The notes below the pieces were generated by a model, which did not search any database, was not told the origin of the DNA, and saw nothing but the letters and a program-made list of their open reading frames with translations. DNA of 63,937 bases, counting the filler, from Chiloscyllium plagiosum (Eukaryota): NCBI RefSeq assembly GCF_004010195.1. It is 4 parts of one record of this genome, joined end to end, with 100 filler letters (N's around TTAATTAATTAA, not from the genome) between each part and the next. Parts side by side here need not be neighbours in the genome. Positions count along the whole stretch, not along the records: positions 48,763 to 60,908 come from NC_057716.1; positions 61,009 to 63,937 come from NC_057716.1; 2 more parts are not named here. One strand, 5' to 3'. A program made the translations under genes and the position numbers. Shown here in pieces: positions 49,930 through 63,484 of the stretch (position 1 is its first letter; each line of letters begins with the position of its first letter).

Positions 49930-50430
49930 AAACAGAATTATAGAATCATACAGCATAGAAACAGACCATTCAACTTATCACAACTCTGATTCTGGATGAA
50001 CTTTACAATTAAATCCATCACTTGCTCTTCCCTCCTGTCAATGTTTTCTTTTCATGTATTTAGACAAATGCATAACAACTGCCTGAGTAAATAAACGTCT
50101 TTGCAATTTCTCATATTTGTTTTGCCAATTATCTTAAATTTGTGTCATTTAATTACTAAGCCTTTTTCCATTGGACACAATTTATCCTAAATTACTCCAT
50201 CTAATCCTGTCATAATTTTAAATGTTTCTTTTAAACCTTTAGGCAGGACTACTTGGATTTTCTAATCTCACTACACACTCAACATTCCTGATATCAGTGT
50301 TATTGATCTCCTCTTCATTCTTCCAAAGAACCTGACCATTTCCCAAAGTCTGATGAATTTAAAATTCCATTTGAAGCCTAACGAGTTATTTATAAAGATT
50401 TAGCATAGCATGTTTAAACTCCCTGCCTCT
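49930..50430 (-). mobile_element. Heavily decayed CR1 3' fragment
   Basis: ATAGAATCATACAGCATAGAAACAGACCATTC tail; MLNLYK. Confidence 0.55.
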
Positions 50431-50894
50431 ATTTATAAAGCCATTATTTATAAAACGAATGAACCAAAATAAAGGATTAAACTGAAAAGGGAAAAACTTT
50501 CTAAAAATATTCATTTTAGTTTTCTTTTTAGCCAATAATAATGTTAAACCAATGCCTTTGACATTTTCTTTCAAGTGGTAGCATTTTTCATTAATAATAA
50601 TTAATGTCAAAATTAAATCAAATGGCATGCCCAGCTATTTATGCATAGATGATAAAATAACTTCAGAGGATGGTTGGAAAAGTGTTCAAGTGCTTATATC
50701 TGTTGAGGATGTATTACTGTGCTGTTAGACTTACAAAATGGCCATTTTACGAATTGTCTCAACATTGAAATAAAAATGACTGTGATGAAATTGCTATATT
50801 TGTACAAGGAAATCCATTGCAAATATCTAGGACTAAAATTATTCATGCAAGTACCATTTTAGCAAGTTAATATTGGTTAATTCCTGTCAAAATC

Positions 50895-51555
50895 TTTGGC
50901 AGTGCAGGTAGATAAGGTCGTAAAAAAGGCCTATGGCATGCTTGTTTTCTTTGGAAGGGGCACGGAGCCTATAAGGATAGGCAAGTTATGCTGTAGCTTT
51001 ACAGAACTTTAGTGAGGCCACGCTTGAAATATTCCATGCAGTTCTGGTCACCACAATACCAGAAGGATGTGGATGCTTTGGAGTGGGTACAGAAAAGGTT
51101 TACCAGGATGTTACCTGGTATGTGAGATTTTAGCTCTGAAGAAAGGTTGGATAGACTGGGTTCGTTTTCACTGGAATGCAGGAGGTTGATGGGTGATCTG
51201 TTTATAAGATCATGAATAGCATGGATAGAGTGGAAAGTATGAGGCCTATTCCCAGAGACACTAGGGGATACAGGTCCAAGATACGAGGGGGGATGAAGTT
51301 TAAAAAAGACATGTGAGATAAGTTTTTCACACAAAAGGTGATGAGTGCCTGGAACACGCTGCCAGGGGAGGTGGTGGAAGCAGACTCAAAAGCAACATTC
51401 CAGAAGCACCTGGACGAATATATGAATAGGAAGGAAATAGAGAGAGCAATGCTTCTTGTAAGTGAAGATAGTTTTAGGATGGAAAGACAAAATATATCAC
51501 TAGAGGCTTGGTGGACTGAAGGACTTATTCCTGTGTTGTATTGTTCTTTGTTCAG
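50895..51555 (+). mobile_element. CR1 3' fragment
   Basis: AWNTLPGEVVEAD..FQKHLDEYM; tail TTGTTCTTTGTTC. Confidence 0.9.
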
Positions 51556-54500
51556 TGAAAAATTAACTATTGCAAGCTTGGAATAGGTCTTGTTTCATCA
51601 GTTTTTGACTTTTTAAGGGAGGTCTTAAAATCTTAAACATTTTGATTGCTTTCCTTTTCTGCCTCTTTTTACTTGCCCTCCTAATTCAAATTTTCTCTCC
51701 GACTATTTATTCTTTCTTTTGTAATTGACTTGACATTAAATATTTCTACTTTAACTCGCTGTCCTTCTCAGCATTTCTTATGTTTATTCCCCAAGCTTTA
51801 AATCTCATTGTTGAAGAAAGTACCCAGTTCATGTCCTGTTCATTCAGAGACAAGAGGCCCTTTTATCTCTCATGCCATTACTAACAGCATCCACATCCTG
51901 TAACTTTGTGAACAAAAATATTTTGAGCTGAAGGGTATAGCAGCAAATCTAAAAGTGAGCACATTTTGATTCCTTGCTATATCCAAAATCTGTCAGTAAA
52001 TCAGTTACTGACTTTAAATATAAGATACTTTTTCACCCACTTCTGTAGCTCCCAGCTGAATACTTGACAATTGTATTCAATGGCAAGAAAAGATTGAAGT
52101 TTACGATTTTAATTTTTTTTACATTGTTAATACGTCCCATTGTAATGTCGTCATACTTAGTGTATAGACAAATTGACACGAGTTCACTTGGATAGTATTT
52201 GAGTTATGATTCAAATATCTCAACAGATCCTGTTAAAGAGATAGGAAAGGATCTAAAAGCCATTTATTTGTAATTTCCTGTATTCCTCCTTCAGATTGTC
52301 ATAGAGACCCCTTTCACAATCTCTATCTCCAGTCCAAACATTTTTAGTTTGATAGACAGAATTACTCTCCCTGTGTTTACACAAATATTGTTTATAGATG
52401 TGCAATCTTGACTGTTTTAAGAAGATTAATGCCAGTGTTTTTTGCATCTTCACTTCTTTACCTTTAATAAATTTAACATTTGTACAAAAGACGATAATGA
52501 ATATTACTTTATTGGCAATTTTATAGCATTTCCTTCAACCTTATGCAGGTTCCCAATACTCTTCTAGTTACTTTTTAAACATAATTAGGAAGGCATTTGG
52601 TGATAATGGAGGCTTAAAAATAATCCCAGAATCCCAGCAAATTGGCTATAACTCCTTCTTTCAATAACATTCCGGAGAGTCTTCAACCTCTTAGGGTATT
52701 CAATAATGAGGAAAACAGGAAATGCTGGAAGTTCTTGTCCATTCAGACAGCTTCTGTGATGATCAAGAGAAAACAGAGTTAACATTTCAGGTCAATGAGC
52801 ATTTCGCTGGCAAGGTGGATAGTTCGAGGCAAGTTGAACCAAGTCACCGAACCTGCATTGATAGAAAGAGGCCCAGAATGTGTGATTTTCACTTTGAAGT
52901 TGGGACATGGAGCCGTCGCAACCTGAGAAGCCTTTTTCAGGTTTTTAATGGCTCCTAAATGACAAAGAGTGTAAGGCTCACACTTACTGCTCACAGTGAG
53001 AGAGGAAGCCAAAGGAGTTGCTGGATCATGGAGGAGTCATCATCAGCCGTCATAATGAATTGTAATGTTGGCCAACTGGTTCATTACAAAGATGAGATGG
53101 GCCATCAGGTTTTCTGTTGGATGTAATAGATTTTAATGCTGCTTGTTGGTCTTGTCTAATGAAGGGCCAAACAGCAATAAATTAATATTAACAAACCTGC
53201 ACAAAACTCAGCCAAGGAGACGGCTTCACCATGGCAGCTTTAGCAGGTCCTGACACTACATTATGTGAAATTTGCCATAATGCCTCTGGAGCTAATTGTT
53301 AGACAACCTATGTTGAAGCATAGTCCTCCAATTTATCCTTTCACCCACAACTGATCTAAGTGTGGTAATGAAGTGTACCTCATTGACAATCTTCACAGGT
53401 CACACTGTAACTGCAGACGAGTATTAGACCCACAGGGGTATAGAGCACTTTGGTAACACATCATGACATGGTTGGTGTGTCACCCAACATTCACACTGAC
53501 ATCCCCCCCCAACCCCCACCAGCAATATTAATCTGTGCGCAACCAATCAGGTTCCTGCATGTGAATGGACACAGGTTATGTCTTATGCCTAACAAATTTA
53601 AAAACTGGATCTGTCCAATGCAATCTTTATTGGTGTGCCAGACCTCAGAGAGTAGGACCAGTGCCAGGAGATATGGTGCTACAATTCTGCAACCAGAATC
53701 AAGAGCAGCCTCCCATAGCAGACCAGGGGCTCAGATTTGGACAGTCAATTACTCAGGGTGGTCAGGGTCACGACCTCTTAGAGGTTAGAGATGAATATCA
53801 GGCAGCCCACCACCATCTTGACTCTTCCTTTCCTACTTAGGGGCTTTGTAGTACTATACAGGAGAATCTTATAAACTTTGTTTTAACTATTTTACTTTTA
53901 TTTAGCTACTCATTAGATGAAAAGAGTCCCTGCAGTAATTATGAGTGATGACCTGATCATTTCAGGCTGAAGTGAGTGGAGAGGGCAGAAGTCTAGCCAC
54001 TGTGGTCAGTCGCAGGAGTTGACCCCAGTCCAGCAGGCAGTGGGCACACCAGCAGCCAGTCAAAGTCCAGCAGCTGAGCAGCTGCTCCTGGGGCTGCTTT
54101 ATGAGTGTTGAGGCTGCAGATGCAGCAATTGGGGACCTCAATATCAGGCATCATTAAGAGAGGTAACTGGCTCCATTTGCAGGCTCCCATGATTGGTGGA
54201 GGAGTGTCACTGGTCACTGATGCCAGAAAGAGGCCATTGCCATCTTATGGGTAACTCCCTAGTCATATAGTCCCAATGTGGAACTGGATGAAAGGGTGTC
54301 CATTATTACCCACCCAAAGGGAAAAACCATAACAAAAGCAGTGATACTTGGAAATCAATCTACTGGTCCTACTGGTCTTCCATTATGAAATATACAAAAT
54401 GAGTCAGACCAGTATGTTTTCTCCACCAGTTTTTTCCTTATGGTCAGGCTACATGGTTTATGCCCTCCTAATACAAGAAAGAAAACCCACAGAGCCATGA

Positions 54501-55859
54501 AATAGCCCTTACACAGCTCAATTGGCTTCCCAGCAGGCAGCCAATCTGCCAAGTTTCCTCTTGCTGACTAAATACCGTGGAATTCTTTCTGCAGAAAGAG
54601 ATTAGGCTCCTCTAGATGCCTTCCCGTGCTATTTTTCTAACCTTCCCGCATCCCAGTCTGTCCCCGAGGGGGACCCAAAATGTTCCGGCCTCTATTTTCA
54701 TTGTATCTAATTACACATTATTAGCAAAGCGTGATTGTGCAAATGACTGGGATGATTAATCACTGTGAAAGAATAAAGTCAGTCGCTCAGTATCTCTTCT
54801 TTCTACCTTATCTCCCACATTCCTCCTTGTCTGAAGCCACAGATATACTGGAATGTAGTTCCAAGGACCATACCCTCTCCCATATACTTCACAAAAGTGC
54901 CTATCACTTAAATGCAAGCTGGGATGGTATCAGCAGCCAATTCAATTGCAATTTCATTACAGCTTTTCTGTAGTACTTTTGACATTTCTATTGACTTCAC
55001 TGAAGGTCAACATATAAGAGACTTAAACCAGCTACTGCCCATTACTTCCAGAGGACATATTTCCTGTGTTTTATGGCTTTTAACTTTGGTGTGTAATCTT
55101 AAAGAGATTGAAGATTGGAAAGGCAGATATTGAACTGCAATAGGACATTGGAAGGTGGTCAAGATAATTCTTATAGTGTAAAACTTCTAAATAGTCTCTG
55201 AAAATCTGTCCTTGGCTTCTTCTGTGTTTCCGTTACAATAGTTTTCTAGAATGTTTGTCATTATGTGAAACAGAAGTGTTCATACAATAAGTTAACAACT
55301 TCTGTATAATTACAGCATCAGTAACCAAACCATTGAAATGACAAGAGGAAATATGTTGTCAGGGAGCCAAAATAACTTAAAAAAATGTTTCCCAGACAAG
55401 GGCACAAGCCAAATAATACTTTGCACTAAAACTAAGTAGAATAATTCTAGATTTATCTTTTGGGCCAAGCAGGTAACAAACAAACATCCTCATATTTAAA
55501 ATTCTTGGAAGCACGTTACAAAGAAATCTGCATCAGCTGGACCTGCACACCTGTCCTTGGATGGTCACATCTGACTAATATAATCCAGAGGCTTAAATTG
55601 TTGCTCTTGAAAAACCATGGTTATGATGCAAGAGTTATTAAGTTAGTAATACAGTATAGCTGATCAGAATAAATCATTAAGAAGTTTTGAGATGCTTATC
55701 CAAATGGTAACACTGATATCTGATGCCTAGACAGAAGATTCTTTGTCTTTGAGATAGGTCTATGCTTCTCAGTTTGTTATTTATTGGGTTCCCTCAGGGC
55801 TCAACACATGGATGACTCTTGGTTTCCATTGACCCAGGTAATTGAGGCCCAGAAGCTCC

Positions 55860-56205
55860 TTGTCAAATGGTCAAATAATGCCTATGAATGAGGAGTAATG
55901 GAACTTAAGGATGCATTCAATCAAGTATATATGTGGGTGGATGAGTGGCAGATGGAATCTATTGTGTGCTAGATTCAGATGGAAATTGAGTGTACTTTAC
56001 CTATATTCCATGAGGAGGGCTGAATTAACTGAGAATAGCATGAAAGAAATCTATAAGCCAAAAATATTATACATATAAAGCAATGGAAAGCATCAGGAAA
56101 CAAAACTAATAAATAGCCGAAGTAGCTGAACATGTCAAAAAAGATCAAATTGTACAGTGCAATTGCTACAACACACCTTGAGTACTGTGCCATGTTCTGA
56201 TTCCT
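55860..56205 (+). mobile_element. Decayed CR1 fragment
   Basis: GAGTGGCAGATGGAA and CCTTGAGTACTGTGCCATGTTCTG. Confidence 0.5.
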
Positions 56206-57086
56206 GAGACAATCTCTGTCCCAAGGTTCCCTGTTATGAATTTATTACAAAATGAAGCGTTCTTTAAAACCCACTTGGCCTGAAAATTTGAATCAACTCA
56301 TCCCATTGTTTTCTTCTCAAATATTAATAATCCCAGAGTAACTATCGTCTCTTCATATATGTGTTGCCTTATTTTTGCAATCAATCTAGTCACTTTCCCT
56401 ACATATTTTACAATAATTGAATATTCTCTTGACCAGGAGTTGGGTTTATTTCTCCTACTGAAGATATAAATCAGTTCACAAAACACAGGATGTGGCTTTT
56501 CTTTTTGCAGGAAGAATAATATTCCTTTGTCGACCCAAGAGATCACTATTTTTGTCTGGCCTTTTCATGGTCAGGAAGGCCTGAGAATCAAGACACATAA
56601 GTGCATCTCTGAAGAGGGATCCCTCTGTGAAGATCACATGCAAATTGTATTTTATTCTGTATGCTACTTTCATGTGTTGGTGTGGGTTTTAGATGCCCAA
56701 ATAAATGCATCTCCTTGGAGATTTGATGACCACAGGGGAATTGTCCTGTGGAGTCAGGAACACTTAAGTGTCAATATTAGCTGTTGTATTGTAATCTCGA
56801 TGTACTTTCAATGTACTGATTCTTCATAGGGGCTTTTGTGCATAGTTGCATTCATGATTGCATTGACTAGCAATGTATAATTATTGACATTCATTGCAGG
56901 ACATTTTTTATTGAAGGAAGTGCCATTCCGCACTAAAAAAAATAGAAAAAAAATGTTTGGTCAACTGTTATCATGTTTGGTTTTGTGATTTAAATACACA
57001 GACAGCTCTTAGTTTGAAAAGAAAATCCCTCAGTGTTGAACATTTGAAGAAATCCTGTTTCCCTCCATTGGTTGAAAGGCAGACTG

Positions 57087-57295
57087 AAAATGTGTTGCTG
57101 GAAAAGCGCAGCATGTCAGGCAGCATCCAAGGAACAGGAGAATCGACGTTTCAGGCACAAGCCCTTCTTCAGGAATAAGGGCTTGTGCCCGAAACGTCGA
57201 TTCTCCTGTTCCTTGGATGCTGCCTGACCTGCTGCGCTTTTCCAGCAACACATTTTCAGCTCTGATCTCCAGCATCTGCAGTCCTCACTTTCTCC
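57087..57295. mobile_element. Penelope fold-back mini-element (subfamily B)
   Basis: 14-bp TSD TGAAAGGCAGACTG (57073-57086, 57296-57309); intact minus-strand hammerhead core near 57144-57172. Confidence 0.9.
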
Positions 57296-57424
57296 TGAAA
57301 GGCAGACTGCTTTGAAATAGAGAATATACCATTTAGCCTTTCTTTTTACATATACCATTTGTTTTTTCAATTCCAAGCTCTTAGAACTGCAATAATACTT
57401 TGATAGTTGCAGCCATTATGAATT

Positions 57425-57782
57425 TTGTTTTTATTCATTTATGCCATGTTGATGTCACAGGCTGGACAAGCATTTACTGGCCATCACTAATTTACCCAGA
57501 GGACAAGTAAGAGTCAATCACATTGCTGTGGACTTGGCATCACATGTAAACCAGACCAGGTAAGGGTGTCAGATTCCATTCCCTAAATGACATTAGTGAA
57601 CCAGATGACGTTTTAAGATAATTGACAGTAGTTGTGTGGTCGCTATTAGACTAGCTTTTTTAAAAATTCCAGATTGTTAAATTCAAGTTTTCCAATCCAG
57701 TATAATCACTTCTGAACCCATAATCCCAGAACATTAGCCTTGGGTTCTGGATTTCTAGTCCAATAACATTACCATTACTTTA
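57425..57782 (-). mobile_element. tRNA-headed SINE (second-LINE tail)
   Basis: Reverse complement of 62510-63237. Confidence 0.7.
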
Positions 57783-58594
57783 CTACATGAATGCTTGGCT
57801 GAATTCCAAAATGTGTCTGTTCATACAGGTCTTTGGGATAGAGGGCAGGTTGATTGTACTAATATCCTTTACTTTTAATATGATTTAATTGTGCAAAGGT
57901 TTTTGTTTATACAACTTAAAATCAATTAAAGGATTAACCTTTCTTCCATGGACAATATTTCTTTTGCAGGATCAATGACTGATTTTTGAATGAGAGTGTT
58001 ATTAAATTGTCAAAGGATTTGTTTTAATCCTGGCATTTCAAATAGCTCAATTGCCATTACATGGCTCCTGAAGACATGATGTAATCAATATCAGGTGAGT
58101 ACTTACAGAAGATACCTGGCTGGGTGAAGACATGAGACATCTGAGGGGCATGAAATGACATGGGCAATCCAAGGGGGAGTGAGTAAACTGAAGGGACATA
58201 GAGTTAACTTAAGGTGGCAATACATCACAAATTCTGCACCATGGATTAGAATGCTGCATTAGAAAAGCAAAATAATCCAAAGCAAAGTCACACAAGAGTG
58301 TGGTGTTGACTCTTGCCTTGCAGAAGGCATAAAAGTGCACAATTCACATTTTCCTATCCCTTCAGGAAACTCCAGGCCCACATTTGTCCACTGTGTTCCA
58401 GATTTATTCTCAAAAATTAACATTGAGCACTTATATCAGAGATCCATTTTTCATGACATTTCAACTATGTCCTTGATTACAAATATCTGGTAGGCACACA
58501 ATTCTGAAGTTGGGCACAATCTTAGTGCTGTCATTTTGTAATGATATAAGATCTTACAATATTGAACACTGTAGCAGATGGATACACAACATGG

Positions 58595-58842
58595 TTAGAT
58601 TAGATTAGATTAGATTAGATTAGATTCCCTACAGTGTGGAAACAGGCCCTTTGGCCCAACAAGTCCACACCGACCCTCCAAAGAGTGACCCATCCAGACC
58701 CATTTTCCTCTGACTGAAGCAACTAACACTATGGACAATTTTGCATGGCCAATTCACCTGACCGGCACATCTTTGGACTTTGGAGGAAACCAGAGCACCC
58801 AGAGGAAACCCACACAGACATGGGGAGAATGTACAAACTCCT
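58595..58842 (-). mobile_element. HE1 SINE, 5'-truncated
   Basis: (TTAGA)n tail and V-domain. Confidence 0.88.
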
Positions 58843-59519
58843 TTGTAAAGCAAAGTATTGCTTTCAAAATATCTTTATTCCATCCCGCTGCAGGTCATGA
58901 TTGTTGTTACATATGCAATTCCAGTTGTACTATGGTGTCAGACCTATCATTTTAATGTCTGGTCAGAAACCAGTTCATATAATGTTTATATAATGCTTTT
59001 CACAATCTAAAAGGCTGAATTTGACACCAGAGTCAGTGTTCCTGTTCACTGGGTTAAAAGTCAGTGCAAGGTCACATTAGCTTTTACAGCTACTGTGCCT
59101 TGAATTGATTCCAGGTTTGGACAGGGGCTTCCTGCTCAAAATAGGCAGGCGACTCACTGATCTTAGCAGTGCCACTGGGAATGGTGGCCAACACAGGTAC
59201 TGCAGGTGAATTTCAAGGAAGCAAAGCTATGGAGCCCGTACTGCAACATAAATCGAGGGTTTCACCAAGGCCCCTTAAGAGGGGTAAGGAGGCTGTAGAA
59301 ATCAGCAGGGTGGGGCAGAAGGGAATGAGTGATGAAGGTAGCCTCTTGTGGAAGAATTCTAGTGGGCACAATGGCCCAGAAACAAGGAATCTCCCCCCTA
59401 AAACAGCCAGATTTTTTCTGGCCCAAATAATAGTTGAACCCAGCCTCCTCTGTCATGTTTAAGATTCCACTGTCAGTTGGAGGAGGCCCTAGAGTGGCCA
59501 TTAAGTGACCCATGGGTGT

Positions 59520-59700
59520 GCAGTGCAGTCACTGCTGTAATGATGAAATAGCATCAGCCAAATTGTATGAAGAATGGTTCCACAAACATCAATGTGCTCA
59601 TGAACAGTTAATTTTTAGTGAAGTTTTTTAAAGGATAAAGGGACTGCACTACTATTCTTATTTATAATGAAACCATGGGTGTTTTACATCAAGCTAGCTC
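59520..59700 (-). mobile_element. Decayed SacSINE1/DeuSINE-like fragment
   Basis: CAGTCACTGCTGTAATG...CAGCCAAATTG...CCACAAACATCAATGTG...CCATGGGTGTTTTAC. Confidence 0.5.
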
Positions 59701-60525
59701 AGATATGATTGACAAAGTGACCACCTTCCATGCCATAAGTTGTCTATGAGCAGAACATTTCTAGCACCTGAATGGCGTTGGCATTGGCGAGTCAGTTGGA
59801 AATATAGGGTGAGATTAACACAAATGAGATTCTCAATGTCAAGTAGGAAAAACTCTTGATTTCTTGACAAAACTTTGAATGGCGAGATGAGAATCTCATG
59901 AGTGAGCAGGGAGAGGCCTTTTTGCCACAATTTGCATGCCGTTATCACTTAATCTCACTTCATTGATATACAGGTTCCCACTCTTCCACCCACTGGCTAG
60001 AAACTGGACAGCAACCATTTCTGGCATGAAATTCAGAGCAGGTACCTGGTGACTTCAGCTCACCACTTGTTCTTCGAGATGTTCATCTTGGACAGTAATC
60101 ACTAAGATCTCTGGGCACACTCTACTGGCAGCGAACATGTGCAAACTCGCACTCCTCCCCCCCCCCCCCCCCCCCCGACCATCCCATCCACAGACCTTAA
60201 CAGTAGACACATATAAGCTTGTGAGAATCAGCAATAGTACTATAATAGTGCTGCACATCAAACTTACACTTTGGAGTAATTCAATATCTATCATTGTAAT
60301 ACAGTTGCCAGGGCACTTTGCAGACAAGCACAGAAATCCACCTCAAGGATTGAATTAGGGTATATCTCAGGCTTACTTTATGCCGACTTCGATACTCACA
60401 GCCTCACCTTTTTACACTTTGCCTCCACAGTTAGAGCTTAGATGTTAGTTGTACTTCTGTATTGCTGTTTAGTGTAAAGACAAAGCCAGGCAGCTTGGTA
60501 TAGTTGGCTGCATTGATCAATCAAG

Positions 60526-60908
60526 ATGGATTTTGAAAGGCAAGGACTGTTTCGGGATAGTCAACATGGCTTTGTGCGTGGGAAATCATGTCTCACAAAC
60601 TTGATTGAGTTTTTTGAAGAAGTAGCAAAGAAGATTGATGAGGGCAGAGCAGTATATGTGATCTATATGGACTTCAGTAAGGCATTCGACAAGGTTCCTC
60701 ATGGGAGACTGATTAGCTAGGTTAGATCTCATGGAATACAGGGAGAACTAACCATTTGGATACAGAACTGGCTCAAAGGTAGAAGACAGAGGGTAGTGGT
60801 GGAGGGTTGTTTTTCAGACTGGAGGCCTGTGACCAGTGGAGTGCCACAAGGATCAGTGCTGGGTCCTCTACTTTTTGTCATTTACATAAATGATTTGGAT
60901 GCAAGCAT
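60526..60908 (+). mobile_element. CR1 RT fragment
   Basis: [35 protein letters not shown]. Confidence 0.93.
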
Positions 60909-61008
60909 NNNNNNNNNNNNNNNNNNNNNNNNNNNNNNNNNNNNNNNNNNNNTTAATTAATTAANNNNNNNNNNNNNNNNNNNNNNNNNNNNNNNNNNNN
61001 NNNNNNNN
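60909..61008. other. Assembly gap with TTAATTAATTAA linker
   Basis: N44-12mer-N44. Confidence 0.95.
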
Positions 61009-61570
61009 AAAACAAATTATGGTTGCTGGCCCCAAAGTGCTCCCCCACTGCCACCTCAGTCACCTGCCCTGCCTTATTTCCCAAGATTAGGTCAAGTTTT
61101 GCACCTTCTCTCATAGGTACATCCACATTCTGAATGAGAAAATTGTCTTGTACGCACTTAAGAAATTCCTCTCCTTCTAAACCTTTAATGCTATGGCAGT
61201 ACCGGTCTATGTTTGGAAAGTTAAAATCCCCTACCATAACTACCCTATTATTCTGACAGATAGCTGAGATCTCCTTACAAGTTTGTTTCTCAATTTCCCT
61301 CTGACTACTGGGGGGGTCTATAATACAATCCCAATAAGGTGATCATCCCTTTCTTATTTCTCAGTTCCACCCAAATAACTTCCCTGGATGCATTTCCGGG
61401 AATATCCTACCTCAGTACAGCTGTAATGCTATCCCTCATCAAAAATGCAACTCGCCCTCCTCTCTTGCCTCCCTTTTTATCCTTCCTGTAGCATTTGTAT
61501 CCTGGAACATTAAGCTGCCAGTCCTGCTCATCCCTGAGCCACAATTCTGTAATTGCTATGATATCCATGT
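61009..61570 (-). mobile_element. CR1 APE endonuclease fragment
   Basis: VGDFNFPNID, LDLILGN, SNHN, YYRPP. Confidence 0.9.
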
Positions 61571-62509
61571 CCCACTCTACAAAGATCTTTTCGTAATATT
61601 TCCCAGACTTGGAGGTTATGTCTATATCAGTTATTTTCCCAAGAACGGCAGTAATATATACTTGAACAGTTCATGCCTTTTGTTAAGAGGCAATAAATCT
61701 TTGGTTAAGGAAGGTTTATTTGCAACAAACTAGTTCTTTGTTACTCAAGGAATAAAACTCAATATTGGCAATTTACCTCGCCATGCATTTACAGAATCAT
61801 ATAATCCCCAGAGTGTGGACGCAGGCCATTCGGTCCATCTATTCCATACCGACCTTCCAAACAGCATCCCACCCAGACAGGCATAAGTCCCAGGGTCACA
61901 ATTCAAGGCAGCAACACTCCAACAGCTTAAGGCAAAGATTACGTCGAAGATAAAGGATAAGTGACAGGAAGAGAAAGCCTGAGGGATCCAACAATATGCT
62001 GATCATCATAACATGCAAAGCTTTTTTGAAACTACTAGGGTCACCTACAGACCAAAATACTTACCCATACTATACAATGTAAATAAGTTCAGCGACTTTA
62101 ATTGACTACTTCCAACAGGAGCTGTGCTCACAGTACGTGTCCTTACTGCTCGCTGTGATAACCATGATTGGCTGTCCTCCAATCCTCCACATGAGCCAAC
62201 AACCAATCCAATCCAAAACTTCACAGCTCAGATTCTAACTCACACCCAAGAAACAGCTGAGCATCAGCTTGCCCACTAATCTACACTGGTTACTGCTACA
62301 GCAACACCTTGATTTTAAAATGTTCATCTTTTTGATCATGGATTTACCTCGCACCACGCCCCCCACCTTCCATTTCTGTTAGACTCTGGGACACCCATGA
62401 TTTTAATCACTCCACCACTGGCAGCCATGCCTTCAGCTGCTCTCACTCTAAACTCCAAATAGCTCTCGGCCTCTCAGTTTCTCTCCCACTTTAAGATTTT
62501 CCTGTGGGG

Positions 62510-63237
62510 AAGTAGTAGCATGGCGGTAATGTCACTGGACTACTCATCCACAGTCCAGGCTAACAAAACAGAACACCACAGCAGAGGAATCAGCCCTTCG
62601 GCCCACCATGTCTGTGCTGACTCTCTCACCCCAAACCTGTGCCCCCGAGTATTTGGCAGTCCCACTCTGGGAAAAGGACTGACTATCCACCCTATTTATG
62701 CCTCAGCCTTCAACGCTCTTGCTAAAGGAATCTAAGTTTATATCGCAAGAATTCCGAGTACATGGTTCAAATCCCACCACATAACATGAAGATATCTAAA
62801 TTCAATAAAATTCTGGAATAAAAAGCTGCTCTGGTATTGTCGTGAAACCTATCTAATCCACTAACATCCTTTAGAGAAGGAAAGCTGCCATTTTTACCTG
62901 GTCTGACCTACTTGTGACTCCAAACACACAGGAAAAAAAAAGTGAGGACTGCAGATGCTGGAGAGTCAGAGTTGAGAAGTGTGGTGCTTGAAAAGCAGAG
63001 CTGGTCAGGCCGCACCCAAGGAGCAGGAGCGTTGACATTTCAGGCATAAGCCCTTCAGGGGGAATATGCCCAAAATGTCAAATCTCCTGCTCCTCAGAAG
63101 TCTGCCTGACCGGCTGTGCTTTTCCAGCGCCAGACTTTACGATTCCAAACACACAAAATGGTGGCTGACTCTGGTGAGGACCAATAAATACTGATCTAAC
63201 CACTAGTGCCCACATCCTATGAACAAATAAAAAAAAT
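62510..63237 (+). mobile_element. tRNA-headed SINE with nested CR1-tail (62563-62730) and Penelope insertions
   Basis: Head GTAGCATGGCGGTAATGTCACTGGAC, B box GGTTCAAATCC (62764), tail GCCCACATCCTATGAACAAATAAAAAAAA. Confidence 0.7.
62931..63140. mobile_element. Penelope fold-back mini-element (subfamily B, diverged)
   Basis: 15-bp TSD GA(C/T)TCCAAACACACA (62916-62930, 63141-63155). Confidence 0.85.
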
Positions 63238-63269
63238 TAATCCACTTTAACAAAGCTTCATCTTCTCAA

Positions 63270-63435
63270 CTAAACTACAGTGTCAAACATTCTCAGGACA
63301 GGTAATTAGACAGGGTAAGGTATGTCCTAAAGCTCCTTTTACTCAAGCATAAAGTAAAGCTCTCTGTACACTGTCCACATCAAACACACCCAGGATAGAG
63401 ACAGCAGAAGGTCAGATACAGAGTGAAATTCCCCA
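63270..63435. repeat. Degenerate tandem-repeat remnant
   Basis: Recurrent AAAGCT..ACTGTC..CAAACA..CAGGA units. Confidence 0.35.
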
Positions 63436-63484
63436 AGATGTTGCACTGAATGACCGTGATATTTCTCTAATCTGTGAGAGGTCT

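Noticed and set aside
52870..54690. Possible Harbinger-like non-autonomous element
   Set aside because: TIRs and TSD could not be established by eye.
56298..56546. IY...YVG peptide resembling GIY-YIG or mariner motifs
   Set aside because: Spacing is wrong for GIY-YIG and there are no supporting motifs.
57970..58094. Segment with strong acceptor and CAG|GTGAGT donor
   Set aside because: Stops in all three frames; a non-coding exon cannot be supported without RNA data.
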